Positions 10,224 through 19,995 of a stretch of DNA of 64,000 nt are shown here, one piece after another; position 1 is the stretch's first letter, and the number at the start of each line of letters is the position of its first letter. A program made the position numbers and the translations under genes. Location: IMG/VR virus record IMGVR_UViG_3300040960_001746; one strand, 5' to 3'. A model generated the notes under the pieces. The model did not search any database. It was given only the letters and a program-made list of their open reading frames with translations, and was not told the DNA's origin. Origin of the DNA: a virus.

Positions 10224-11102
10224 TTAAATTATATGTTTTTTAATTTCATCAATCACCCACTCAATATTATTGTTGATGTCGTCTTCCCAAAACCTTAGTA
10301 AAATATAATTATTTTTTAAACACCATTCGGTTTTAATTTTATCTTTAATTAAATTATTTTTCTGATGTTCAATTACAGGTATTTTATGTTCTGTTTTTGG
10401 GTTACAGTGCCAAAAATCACCGTCAATTTCGATTAATATATTTTTTCCTTTGATTTTAAAATCGTATAACGATTTAATTTCTCTAACGTAAAATTGTTGA
10501 TAATAATCGATATTAAGATTATCCAGTAATTTACTGAAATTATTTTCTAAATTAGATATTACTGTAAATCCATTTTCTTTTATATATAAAAGTCTTTTAT
10601 GACTTTGTTTTTCTTTATTCTCTTCCTTACCCCAGTATTCTCTCATACCTTCATCAAGTTTATCTAAAACATACTGTGGACGTTTTCTACCCTTAAGTGC
10701 CTTTGAAATTTTTTTATTCCTTTCTAAATTAGAACTTATCTTATCCCCATAATCTAACCTTTCGTCATCTTCTTTGGTTAACCCTTTATTCCATATTACA
10801 AGTTCACCTGACCCATATAACTTTCTTTGTGTATCTTTAGATTTTTTCTGTGCGTCAACATTATGCCCCCAATTATTGTTAACTCTAGACGCATGACCTC
10901 TAATATAATCTCTAAACCCTTTTTGAATTCCTAAGAATGTTGGTACCTCACCACAACCACATTTACATTCAGGTGTTTTACCTTCTAAATTATGTTTAAT
11001 AAAAGTTTCTTGCGGTTTAATTTTATGTTTTTTAACATTATGAGAAGATAAACTCCATAATGTATCATATTCCTTATCACATATTTCACATTTAAATTGC
11101 AT
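10224..11102 (-). mobile_element. Free-standing homing endonuclease (C2H2 finger, CxCGC, NUMOD3-like, VSR/DUF559-like nuclease)
   Basis: FKCEICDK...H....H; CKCGCG; WNKGLTKE; KISKALKG; YDF...IEIDGDFWHCNP...LRFWEDDI. Confidence 0.8.
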
Positions 11103-11142
11103 AAAAAATCCCTTTTATATATAAATATATACATAAAAGGGA
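11103..11142 (-). terminator. Hairpin/terminator after tail tube that encloses the late-promoter motif of the downstream endonuclease
   Basis: tcccttttat (11109-18) / ataaaaggga (11133-42) stem; U6 tail on minus strand; ATATTTAT at 11121-11128 inside. Confidence 0.7.
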
Positions 11143-11167
11143 AAGTCTTATATTCGATGAAGGAATC

Positions 11168-11656
11168 CTAAAATACATTTATCGCCCTATCAAACCTGAG
11201 CGTACATGTAATATCCGCCAAATCTGAAGAGGTATAATCTAATGATCCAAAATCTGCGTCATTCAATTGTGTACCTTGTAGAATCCATTTCTGAACAACA
11301 ACACCTGTTGGGTCTAACATCTCTAATTCTACGTCTTTCTTATATCCCGCAGCGTAACCTTGTCTACCTGTTACTGATTCTGAGTGTAAACGTACCCATT
11401 CCATCAACGCTTGTGTTGCGGAAGGTCCAATAGGATCTCTAAATGTTACGGAAATAGATTCCCACTTAAATCTACCAATCACATAGGTAGATGTATTTAA
11501 AAATGGAATCTCCACCTCATCACTCGTATACTTAGGTCTTGATGTTGTCGAAACCCACCATTCTTGAATCCCTAATTCATCTGGGAATCTCAAAATAAAC
11601 CTATTCTTTCTTAACGGTTCGTAAGGAACAGGCATTCTCATTAATAAATCTGCCAT
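11168..11656 (-). CDS. Tail tube protein (T4 gp19-like)
   Basis: YEPLRKNRF, P....EVEIPFLN, GRFKWE.I.VTFRD.I, YKKD..L.MLDP.G.VV.KW.L.G. Confidence 0.92.
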   Translation of the reverse strand: MADLLMRMPVPYEPLRKNRFILRFPDELGIQEWWVSTTSRPKYTSDEVEIPFLNTSTYVIGRFKWESISVTFRDPIGPSATQALMEWVRLHSESVTGRQGYAAGYKKDVELEMLDPTGVVVQKWILQGTQLNDADFGSLDYTSSDLADITCTLRFDRAINVF

Positions 11657-11740
11657 TTTTTATAGTTTTTTAATATTTATTATTGTAAGTATCATTTTTT
11701 TTTCTTACCTTTATTAATAAATATCTTAATTTCTAAAAAA

Positions 11741-13348
11741 ATGGATTATAAAAAATTTTTTTTAACAGATAATAAATCGGGAAATAAAACAAGAGAAGAT
11801 TTTATTAAAAAAAATTATAAGGATATTTTCGATAATATTAATTTATTTGTGGAAAAAAACAAATTAAATGAAGATTTACCTTTCAAAGAAAAGGTATTTT
11901 TATTTATTCATAATATTGTAGAACAACCCAAATGTGGTAATTGTGGTAAAGAATTAAAATTTAAAAAAAGTTTAAAAGAGGGGTATGGTAGTTATTGTTC
12001 TATAAAATGTAACAATCAATCAAAAGAACAGAGAGAAAAGATAAAGAATACGTTCACAAAAAAATATGGTGGACACCCTATGAATTCTAAAAAAGTAAAA
12101 GATAAGGTTAAGAAAACAAATTTAGAAAGATATGGTGTTGATAATATGTTCAAAGACTCCAAATACATCATAGAAAAAACTAAAGATAAATTGGGTGTTA
12201 CTAATCCAAACAAGTTAGAACGTATAAAAGAAAAAAAGAGAAAAACTAATATTAGAAAATATGGGGTATCCACTAATTTAATATTAGAAAATAATAGAGA
12301 AAACAATATCTTATCAAAGTTAAAAAAATTTAATAAAAAGTATAAGTCATTAAAAATAATAAATGATAGGGGTAGTTATGTTACATTAGAATGTGATAAG
12401 TGTGAAAATAGTTATGATATCGATAGAAGTTTATTATTCTATCGTTTTGACAATAATTTAAATTGTTGTACCATATGTAACCCTGTAAATGAATTAAGAT
12501 CAATAAAGGAAAAAGAATTGTCTGATTTTATAAATGATTTAGGTTTTGATGTAACAACAAGTGATAGAGATATATTAAATGGAAAAGAAATTGATATATT
12601 AGTTAAAGAGAAGAATATAGGTTTTGAGTTAAATGGTTTATATTATCATTGTGACTTATTCAAAGACAAAAATTATCATATTGATAAAACAAACGAGTGT
12701 AATAAAGAAGGTATACGTTTAATACATATATTTGAGGATGAATGGGACAATAAAAAAGATATTGTGAAAAGTAGAATTAAAAATCTATTGGGGTTGACAG
12801 ATAATAGAATATATGGTAGAAAATGTATAATTAAAAAAGTACCTACTAAAATAAAAACTAAATTCTTAAATGAAAATCATATACAAGGAACTGTTGGTAG
12901 TAAAATAAATTATGGTTTGTACTATGATGATGAACTTGTCTCTATAATGACATTTGGTAAAGGTCGTAATGTTATGAATGGTTCTAACTACGAATGGGAG
13001 TTATTACGTTTTTGTAATAAAATAAACCATTCTGTTATTGGGGGTGCGTCTAAATTATTAAAACATTTTATTAAAGAGAATAACCCAACTAATATTATTA
13101 GTTACGCTGATATAAGATGGAGTGATGGTAATCTATATAATAAATTGGGATTTGATTATAAAAACTCATCTAAACCAAACTATTACTATGTAGTTAACAA
13201 AAAAAGAGAACATAGATATAAGTTTAGAAAAGATATATTGGTTTCAGAAGGATTTGATTCAAATAAAACTGAAAAAGAAATTATGATAGAAAGAGGTTAT
13301 AATAGAATATATGATTGTGGTAATTTGGTATATTCTATTTCTTTATAA
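11741..13348 (+). mobile_element. Hef-like free-standing homing endonuclease, paralog of 8575..10155
   Basis: Same architecture; shared N-terminal FF.TDNKSG.KT.E; GFELNGLYYH; ELLRF...GGASKL...SYAD.RW; RIYDCG. Confidence 0.8.
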
Positions 13349-14159
13349 TAATCCTTTTCTTTTTTGTATCTTTTGGATCTGAGGTATCATAAACAATAAA
13401 ATTAATTTCGGGATATAAATTTTTTAATTCATCTCTAATTAAATCTTCTACCACTTCTACATTCCCTAAGTCATCGTCACTAAACCCAACACTAATACCT
13501 TCAAAATCTTCGTCATCTTTTATTTTAGATATTTGTTGTACCACTCTATCTACAAAACTCTTAAACGCAATTTTCTTTCCTTCTTCGGGATTTGTTCCCA
13601 CACTTTCTAACCCGAATTGTTTGGCGAACTCTGATGAGGATACTGGATGATAATCTTGTAGGTTTAAATATTCGTCTATAGATAAACCATTAAGATTCTT
13701 TTCCATCTCTTTTCTTTCCACATGACTAAACGCATTATTTATGATTACTTTAATACCTTCTTTAATCGCCTGTGGTGGATTTGATCTGGCGGTGATTATA
13801 GAAAAGTCACTACCACTTATTAACGCCTCTTTAAATTTTTGGAAACTAGGTCCCATTTTATTTTGATATAATGCTCTTTTTGTGTCTTCTATAAATGAGT
13901 CATAATCTCTGAAATCTTTAAATGATTGTGTAATATCATTATTAAGATATCTAAACTCATTACCTAACTTATGTCTAACACTTCTAAATTGTTCTGTGGA
14001 AACTGAAACAGGTACATACGCATCCGTATTACCAATTCTATAATCTAAATGTATTCTTGTGGGCATAATTAATATGTTATCATCCCAATCAAACGAATAC
14101 GCCTTTTTCTTAAATTCTTTTAATAATTTATATTGTGATTCTGTAAGTTTAATATTCAT
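13335..14159 (-). CDS. HAD-superfamily phosphatase-like protein with LxE leader
   Basis: FDWDDNI (motif I), ITARS (II), K (III), FSDDD..N (IV). Start moved to ATG 14159 (MNIKLTESQYKLLKE) because the ATATTTAT motif is at 14165-14172 and the sheath terminator at 14184-14210. Confidence 0.7.
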   Translation of the reverse strand: MNIKLTESQYKLLKEFKKKAYSFDWDDNILIMPTRIHLDYRIGNTDAYVPVSVSTEQFRSVRHKLGNEFRYLNNDITQSFKDFRDYDSFIEDTKRALYQNKMGPSFQKFKEALISGSDFSIITARSNPPQAIKEGIKVIINNAFSHVERKEMEKNLNGLSIDEYLNLQDYHPVSSSEFAKQFGLESVGTNPEEGKKIAFKSFVDRVVQQISKIKDDEDFEGISVGFSDDDLGNVEVVEDLIRDELKNLYPEINFIVYDTSDPKDTKKKRIIIKK

Positions 14160-14183
14160 ATAATATAAATATTGTCGGATCAT

Positions 14184-14210
14184 AAAAAACCCCCACATAA
14201 GTGAGGGTTT
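14184..14210 (-). terminator. Intrinsic terminator of tail sheath
   Basis: Minus strand AAACCCUCAC-UUAU-GUGGGGGUUUUUU. Confidence 0.85.
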
Positions 14211-14231
14211 AATTTAACTATTTTTATTTTT

Positions 14232-17102
14232 TTAGATATCATCGAAAGATGCCCCAGTGTTAGTGATGTTGAACTCAATCGAAATGAATTCTAACGATCT
14301 TGTTGGTTTAATAAAGATTCTACCATTAAGTTCGTTTCTATCAATAGACTCTGGTGTGTCATCCAATACAACTCTAAAGTCAGTTAAACCTCTCTCTTTT
14401 CTAATGTTATCCAAAATTGGGTTAACCAAACTTAAGAACTGATTTCTTACAACATCATCATTTTGTTCGAATAACAATCTGATTGACACCGCTGAAATAA
14501 GTTTTCTCGCTTGTAACAACAATCTTCTAACACTAATTCTATTAAGTGCGGTTTCTTTAACTTGTAAAGTTTTATTACCGAAGATTACAACTCCTACATC
14601 TGAGAATGTCGCCATTGGGTTAATTCTTCCTTCGTATAAGTCATCTCTATCATCTAATTTAAGTTTCACTCTCGCTTTGATTGCGTTTGTTGTACCTCTA
14701 TTTAAACCTGCCGCTGCGAACCAAGGGAACGCTACGTTATCCGTAAGGGCGATGTTTCTCATAACTTCTAATGTAGGTGGTAACCATACATATCTGTTAT
14801 TTTCTGTATCATTCATCTGTAACCATGGCCAGTATGTAGCGGAGTAGTTAGAGTCGATTCCTGAATCTTCTATAATTTCTACCGCTTCGTCTGGTGTTAA
14901 CGCTAGTCCATCATCATCAGTATCAGGCGTTGTAATTACATAAAGTGAATCCGCTCTATCAACCTCTACCATATCTACTGCGTTTTCAATCAAACTGATA
15001 TTATCTCTTAAATCAATACCTGGTGTTGCGAATACATTAATGTTAACCGCTTCAGGATTGTTATAAGTGTAAATACCATCTAAGTATGCGTAGTAGTCAG
15101 AAGTGATTCCTTGATCACCTTCAGTTGTTACAAATGATGAGAATACTCCTTTTGATTCTCCAAGAGAACCTTTAGAACCTGTTTTAGTATAATTATCTGT
15201 ATTAGTTCTTTGTAGTCTATACTCATCCCATCCGTCCCATCCACCGAATGATGTGAATGTGAATTTTCTTGCCGCTAACTTCTCATAAGGTCCACCTACT
15301 AATCCTGCGTCTGATGTGAACGCCGACACACCAACTTGTAGTGTAGGTACATAAGTGTTAACTCCTAAGTCAACTGACGCACCATTTGCGTTTACATCTA
15401 AGTGGAATCCATCAGTTTTACCTGTGAAAACTCCGTTGTTAACTGCGTTTTTACCTTTGTAATCGAAGAAGTCTTGATCTACTCCGATATCTGTATTTAA
15501 TCCTAAATAAGTTTTTCTTAATTTAGAAGTATTAAAATCTGTGTATTCTGTTTTATATTCGATCTTAGGTGGTAATGAAGTCCTAGAACCAATGTAAGTT
15601 CTATTCAACACACCCTCAAATCCTGCAGGGAAGTGATTAACTAAATCAGGATCATCTAAATAAGAAGCTTGAGTGTCACTATCATAGAATTCAACCATAA
15701 TATACTTACTTCTTAATGGATATTCACCATCGTTAGTACCTATTTTTCTTCCAATGAATCCAGTACTATTGATATCTAAATTCAACGAAGAGAATTTTTC
15801 GATTACAGATGGATTAGCATCTGAATCATTAAATTTTCTAACTAATAAATCAAATGTTTTATCATCTGGTTTAATATTGATGATAGAGAATTTAACATCT
15901 TGGTTAGCCATATTACCATCAGATATTGTAATGAATCTAAAAAGTCTTTGTAATGTTGCACCTGTACCAGTACCTTTTAATTCTGAAAGTACCCAAGGTG
16001 ATGCCGCAGATTTCCATTGTTCTTTATAGTTTGATAAATATCCACTTGAATTGGCAGTTGTATCTCCTGAAATATTGTTGAAGTCTATGTCTAAACCTCT
16101 AACTTGACTTTTAGCGATTAAGTCCTCCAATACGTTAGTATAGATTTCCTCAACCCATAATTCTGTTTCTTTGTCTTGTGTTGAACTACCGAATACTCTT
16201 GGTAAGAAATTCTTTTTAGTTCTATCCATTGACACATCATAACTAAATGAGTTACCATTACTTGCAGTACCATTAATTGTAAATGATGCCAATGCGTTAG
16301 ATTTAATACTTGTTGTGTTACTCATAATTGCGTCAGTCGCACCTGTAACATCAAATACTAAAGTCTCATTTGCGTCATAATCACCTCTTGATCTCAATGT
16401 TGCAATTACACTACCATCTATATCCGTTAAACAAGTTGCGGTGTAACTAACTACCGTACCACTTGTAGTACCAGTAACATAAACACCACTTGTTCCTGTA
16501 GTTGCGACTTCCATATCGAAAGTTGCACCACTAAAGTCACATCCTGTTTTAACATAAATTGGGTTAGTTACTGAAATAGTTGATCCAGTATCTAATAATC
16601 CTAATGTAGATAGTGAAAATTGTCCGTCATTGTATAACGCTTCTAAGTTAGCATTGTTCCAACTTAATGCAACTGGATTACCTGTTGTTTCTGCGGTATA
16701 TGTTAATAAAGGATTACTTGTGACTGTAGATGCACTACCTACAGTTGTCGGATCTTCTGCGGAATCCAATGTGATTGCCCACGCATTACCTGCGTCATAA
16801 CCAGATAAACCTAAAACTCTACTTACATATAATTGATTAGTTTGAGTTAAAAATGATTTGGCGATATAATTTAATTCGTATTTGTGGTAACCAGTACCCT
16901 TAAACTTCTCAGGGTTTAGTCCACCAAAATAACTAATAAATTCATCGTAGTTAGAAACAAATACAGGTTCAAACGCCGGTCCTTTAGGAGTTTCACCTAA
17001 TAACCCTAACGTTGTAACACCGACTTGTCTCGTTACGAATGTTAAGTCCTTTTCTGATGTGAATACACCTGGACTTACAAAAATTCTGTCTGTTGATGCC
17101 AT
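14232..17102 (-). CDS. Contractile tail sheath protein (T4 gp18-like)
   Basis: FVSPGVFTSEKDLT, GETPKGPAFEP, Y.ATYWPW, PWFAAAGLNRG, INP, GNKTL, RISVRRLL, LFEQND, IKPTRSLEFI. Confidence 0.97.
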   Translation of the reverse strand: MASTDRIFVSPGVFTSEKDLTFVTRQVGVTTLGLLGETPKGPAFEPVFVSNYDEFISYFGGLNPEKFKGTGYHKYELNYIAKSFLTQTNQLYVSRVLGLSGYDAGNAWAITLDSAEDPTTVGSASTVTSNPLLTYTAETTGNPVALSWNNANLEALYNDGQFSLSTLGLLDTGSTISVTNPIYVKTGCDFSGATFDMEVATTGTSGVYVTGTTSGTVVSYTATCLTDIDGSVIATLRSRGDYDANETLVFDVTGATDAIMSNTTSIKSNALASFTINGTASNGNSFSYDVSMDRTKKNFLPRVFGSSTQDKETELWVEEIYTNVLEDLIAKSQVRGLDIDFNNISGDTTANSSGYLSNYKEQWKSAASPWVLSELKGTGTGATLQRLFRFITISDGNMANQDVKFSIINIKPDDKTFDLLVRKFNDSDANPSVIEKFSSLNLDINSTGFIGRKIGTNDGEYPLRSKYIMVEFYDSDTQASYLDDPDLVNHFPAGFEGVLNRTYIGSRTSLPPKIEYKTEYTDFNTSKLRKTYLGLNTDIGVDQDFFDYKGKNAVNNGVFTGKTDGFHLDVNANGASVDLGVNTYVPTLQVGVSAFTSDAGLVGGPYEKLAARKFTFTSFGGWDGWDEYRLQRTNTDNYTKTGSKGSLGESKGVFSSFVTTEGDQGITSDYYAYLDGIYTYNNPEAVNINVFATPGIDLRDNISLIENAVDMVEVDRADSLYVITTPDTDDDGLALTPDEAVEIIEDSGIDSNYSATYWPWLQMNDTENNRYVWLPPTLEVMRNIALTDNVAFPWFAAAGLNRGTTNAIKARVKLKLDDRDDLYEGRINPMATFSDVGVVIFGNKTLQVKETALNRISVRRLLLQARKLISAVSIRLLFEQNDDVVRNQFLSLVNPILDNIRKERGLTDFRVVLDDTPESIDRNELNGRIFIKPTRSLEFISIEFNITNTGASFDDI

Positions 17103-17175
17103 TTAATTTTATTTTTTAAACATTTATTATTAATTTCTTTTTATAATAAATATGCGGATATTTTTGAAAAAATTA

Positions 17176-17242
17176 TTTTTGTTGTTTTACAACAAAAAAT
17201 AGTATGAATTTTATCATACTTTTGTCATACTTACATATTTAT
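17176..17242. promoter_or_regulatory. Operator-like repeats between divergent sheath and RHH genes
   Basis: Palindrome tttttgttgt-ttt-acaacaaaaa (17176-17198); AGTATGA-N6-TCATACT (17201-17220); extra TCATACTT (17225-17232); ATATTTAT (17235-17242). Confidence 0.6.
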
Positions 17243-17247
17243 AGTAT

Positions 17248-17406
17248 ATGAAAAGGGATAAAAACTTAAAAATAACACCACAAACACATAAATTATTAAA
17301 AGAGTATTGTGAGAAGAATGGTCTTAAGATGTTCGCCTTTGTAGAAAAACTTATTAGAGAAAAGTGTAAAACTAAGACTGATATTTATGGTGATGAGATT
17401 AGTTAA
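17248..17406 (+). CDS. Small ribbon-helix-helix DNA-binding protein (52 aa)
   Basis: Not in ORF track. MKRDKNLKITPQTHKLLKEYCEKNGLKMFAFVEKLIREKC... has a beta-strand KNLKI, helix, NG turn and helix. Confidence 0.75.
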   Translation: MKRDKNLKITPQTHKLLKEYCEKNGLKMFAFVEKLIREKCKTKTDIYGDEIS

Positions 17407-17629
17407 TCCCTAAAATATTCTTTAGTTGTTGGATTTGTTCTAGTGTTAATTTTGTGAAATCTAAATTATTCATATTGGTATCTGAGTTTATATTTGGATC
17501 TTCAAAAACAATTTCCCTAGATATTCTATTTTCAATAGTTGCTTCTTCTTCAGTTTGACAATCATGTACATCTACATGCCAACTATCTTGACCATTTCCT
17601 TGTAATTTATATGTATATTTTGTTATCAT
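17399..17629 (-). CDS. Small hypothetical protein, possibly fibre chaperone
   Basis: Coupled to the stop of fibre gene 17629..19866; C-terminal LT.EQ..QLK.ILG helix. Confidence 0.55.
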   Translation of the reverse strand: MITKYTYKLQGNGQDSWHVDVHDCQTEEEATIENRISREIVFEDPNINSDTNMNNLDFTKLTLEQIQQLKNILGIN

Positions 17630-19866
17630 TATAGTTCTAATTTAATTCCTACTCTAAATTGTACTGCAGTTGGGTTAGTGGTAAAAGTAGGGGTCTCTAT
17701 GATTACGAAAGTTCTACCAGCATTAATATCTATTGATAAACCTGTGATTATAAATTCTTGATGTCTGCTAGTTGCAGTTACAGTCGATGACAATGTGTTA
17801 CTTGTTGCTCCACCATCGGATAAAAAATTAACTGTTATATTTTCACCACTAGCAAATGTACTAGCATTATAAACTCCAATATAAGCTTCTGTTATTGTTC
17901 CTGATGGGAGGGGTATATGAGCAACTGCATTCACACTAGTTTGTAGAGTTGTCATTTGTCCAAGATAGTACCTAGCATTATCTGCTAATGAAGTATTTTG
18001 AACATTAAAATATGAGATTGAGATACTGTCACTGCTAGTGGTATTACCACTAACAACATAACCGTTAGAATCTATCCCCAAAGTATTAATAGAGGTTCCT
18101 GTCCCTAAAGTTCCTATATTTACTGTACCAGTAACACCTAAATTACCATTAATTATTGTATTACCACTAACGTCTAATTTTTCTGTCGGTGTTGTTGTAC
18201 CAATACCAACATCACCATTTGGTTGAATTCTTACAACTTCTGTTGGTAGAGAATTAGATGCCCAAAAACTAAGACCAATTCTTGTATTATTAGGTCCATT
18301 ATAGGGTCTAATCTCAGCATAACTAGATGTTGATCCTGCATCTAATCGTATACCATTTTCTCTAACACTATTGATGGTAGATAAATCAGGATTAGAATTT
18401 TCAATTCTTAAAATACCTTCATCAATATGTACTTTTTGTGTGGGTGATGATGTATTCACACCAAGTCTATTATTTATTAAATCAATGGTTACCCCACTTG
18501 TTGAACCGAAATAAACATTACCTTCGTCATTTGAGTTAATATTAAGTGGTGAACATGACTGAATATTAGATACGTATAAATTTGTAACACAATTACCTGT
18601 ATTACCTATATCACCTATAACATCTAAATTACCATTAATTGTTAAACCACTAACTTGATTAATAGTAGTACTAAGTGAACCACCATTATCATCAGTTATA
18701 GTTAAAGTATTATTGTTATTGTATGTGAATCCTGTTGTGGTAATACCTACATCAGTTCTAATAACTTCTTGAGGTTTATCATCACCATTACCAACCCATA
18801 AATAATCTGAGGTTAAGTTTGGTAAACCAGCGGTACGTGCAGTGTTAAATATAAATAATTGACCATCAGTTGAACCAACCTTTAATACCTTAGCAATTCT
18901 TTGTATTTGTGTATTTGTTCCCGAAGGTCTGAATTTAGTTAACCCACCATCAGTTGTATTCATATATAATACATCATTAACCGCCCACGTCTCACCATTA
19001 GGGTTAATTGTCGATACCGTACTTGTTGTATCCACACCAACTAACTTACCAAAAGTGATTAAAGGATAAATACCAGCGTTATCAAAATCCTCACCTGTAA
19101 ATCCAATTACTGGCATTGTTGATGCGGTTGTTGCGTTTGCTAACTCAACCTCATGTATATCATCATCAAAACCTGTAATATAAACTGGACAACCTTTATC
19201 TATTGTACCAGCAGTACCTTTTTTAGCCCATATTGTTACATTACCTGTTGATACGTATTCTTCACCAGTAACCCACTGATTATTCGTAACATCAAAGTAA
19301 AGTAACCTACCTTGGTATGTATTGTCAGGTGTTGTAGGGATATTTGATGTTACGTCATCTAAATCAGTTAAAGTTAATCCTGTATATGTTGTGGCGGAAA
19401 GAGTGTCTACCACTAATGTACCATTAATAGTTAATCCAGTTACTGTATTTATTGTTGATGTTAAATCCCCTAATCCACCATTTCTTGATATTGTGAATGT
19501 GTTAGCGTCATTATATGTGAATCCTGTAACATAAAAGTTATCACCAGTAGAATCAATTTTAATAATATCACCTATGGTTGTTACAGTAGTATTTGTACCA
19601 CCGCTAATAGTTCTGAAATATAAATCAGTACCAGACTTACCACTGAATACTTCATTAGCACCCCCATTATTGACACCATCCTTAACCCTATCCCAACCAA
19701 TTTCTCTGATTTCTGTTGCGCCTGTTAATCCACCTGTGTAAGTGGAAAAAAGTTTTGCGTCCGCAGTATTTAAAGCTAATTCCCCTAATTGTATATCACC
19801 CAAAGAGGGTACTTTATTAACAACATTGGATCTCTTTAAAAGAAATGTGTTTTTTCTATTTGCCAT
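17629..19866 (-). CDS. Tail fibre / virion appendage protein
   Basis: N-terminal LLKRS....KVP....LGELALNTAD.KLF fibre anchor; T/G-rich beta repeats; G.VGIGTTTP.EKLDVSG. Confidence 0.75.
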   Translation of the reverse strand: MANRKNTFLLKRSNVVNKVPSLGDIQLGELALNTADAKLFSTYTGGLTGATEIREIGWDRVKDGVNNGGANEVFSGKSGTDLYFRTISGGTNTTVTTIGDIIKIDSTGDNFYVTGFTYNDANTFTISRNGGLGDLTSTINTVTGLTINGTLVVDTLSATTYTGLTLTDLDDVTSNIPTTPDNTYQGRLLYFDVTNNQWVTGEEYVSTGNVTIWAKKGTAGTIDKGCPVYITGFDDDIHEVELANATTASTMPVIGFTGEDFDNAGIYPLITFGKLVGVDTTSTVSTINPNGETWAVNDVLYMNTTDGGLTKFRPSGTNTQIQRIAKVLKVGSTDGQLFIFNTARTAGLPNLTSDYLWVGNGDDKPQEVIRTDVGITTTGFTYNNNNTLTITDDNGGSLSTTINQVSGLTINGNLDVIGDIGNTGNCVTNLYVSNIQSCSPLNINSNDEGNVYFGSTSGVTIDLINNRLGVNTSSPTQKVHIDEGILRIENSNPDLSTINSVRENGIRLDAGSTSSYAEIRPYNGPNNTRIGLSFWASNSLPTEVVRIQPNGDVGIGTTTPTEKLDVSGNTIINGNLGVTGTVNIGTLGTGTSINTLGIDSNGYVVSGNTTSSDSISISYFNVQNTSLADNARYYLGQMTTLQTSVNAVAHIPLPSGTITEAYIGVYNASTFASGENITVNFLSDGGATSNTLSSTVTATSRHQEFIITGLSIDINAGRTFVIIETPTFTTNPTAVQFRVGIKLEL

Positions 19867-19945
19867 ATTTATGACTATTCTATTACTCTATTTAGAGTCT
19901 TTATTATTTAAAAGTTATATAACTTTATATATAAATATTGAAATC

Positions 19946-19980
19946 AATAAAAAAGGGAAGTCTAACTCCCCTTTTTTATT
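19946..19980 (-). terminator. Intrinsic terminator (bidirectional-type)
   Basis: aataaaaaaggg...ccccttttttatt inverted repeat. Confidence 0.75.
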
Positions 19981-19995
19981 ATTTATTATTTTTTT

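Noticed and set aside
14160-14198. ORF-track starts at 14198, 32463, 32857, 33470, 47850 and 59468
   Set aside because: They run through terminators, promoter motifs or upstream genes; downstream ATGs fit better.
11168-17102. Bacterial contractile injection system (eCIS/tailocin) or NCLDV origin
   Set aside because: Neck proteins, PolB, helicase, dUTPase, PhoH and homing endonucleases in one contiguous layout indicate a tailed phage genome.
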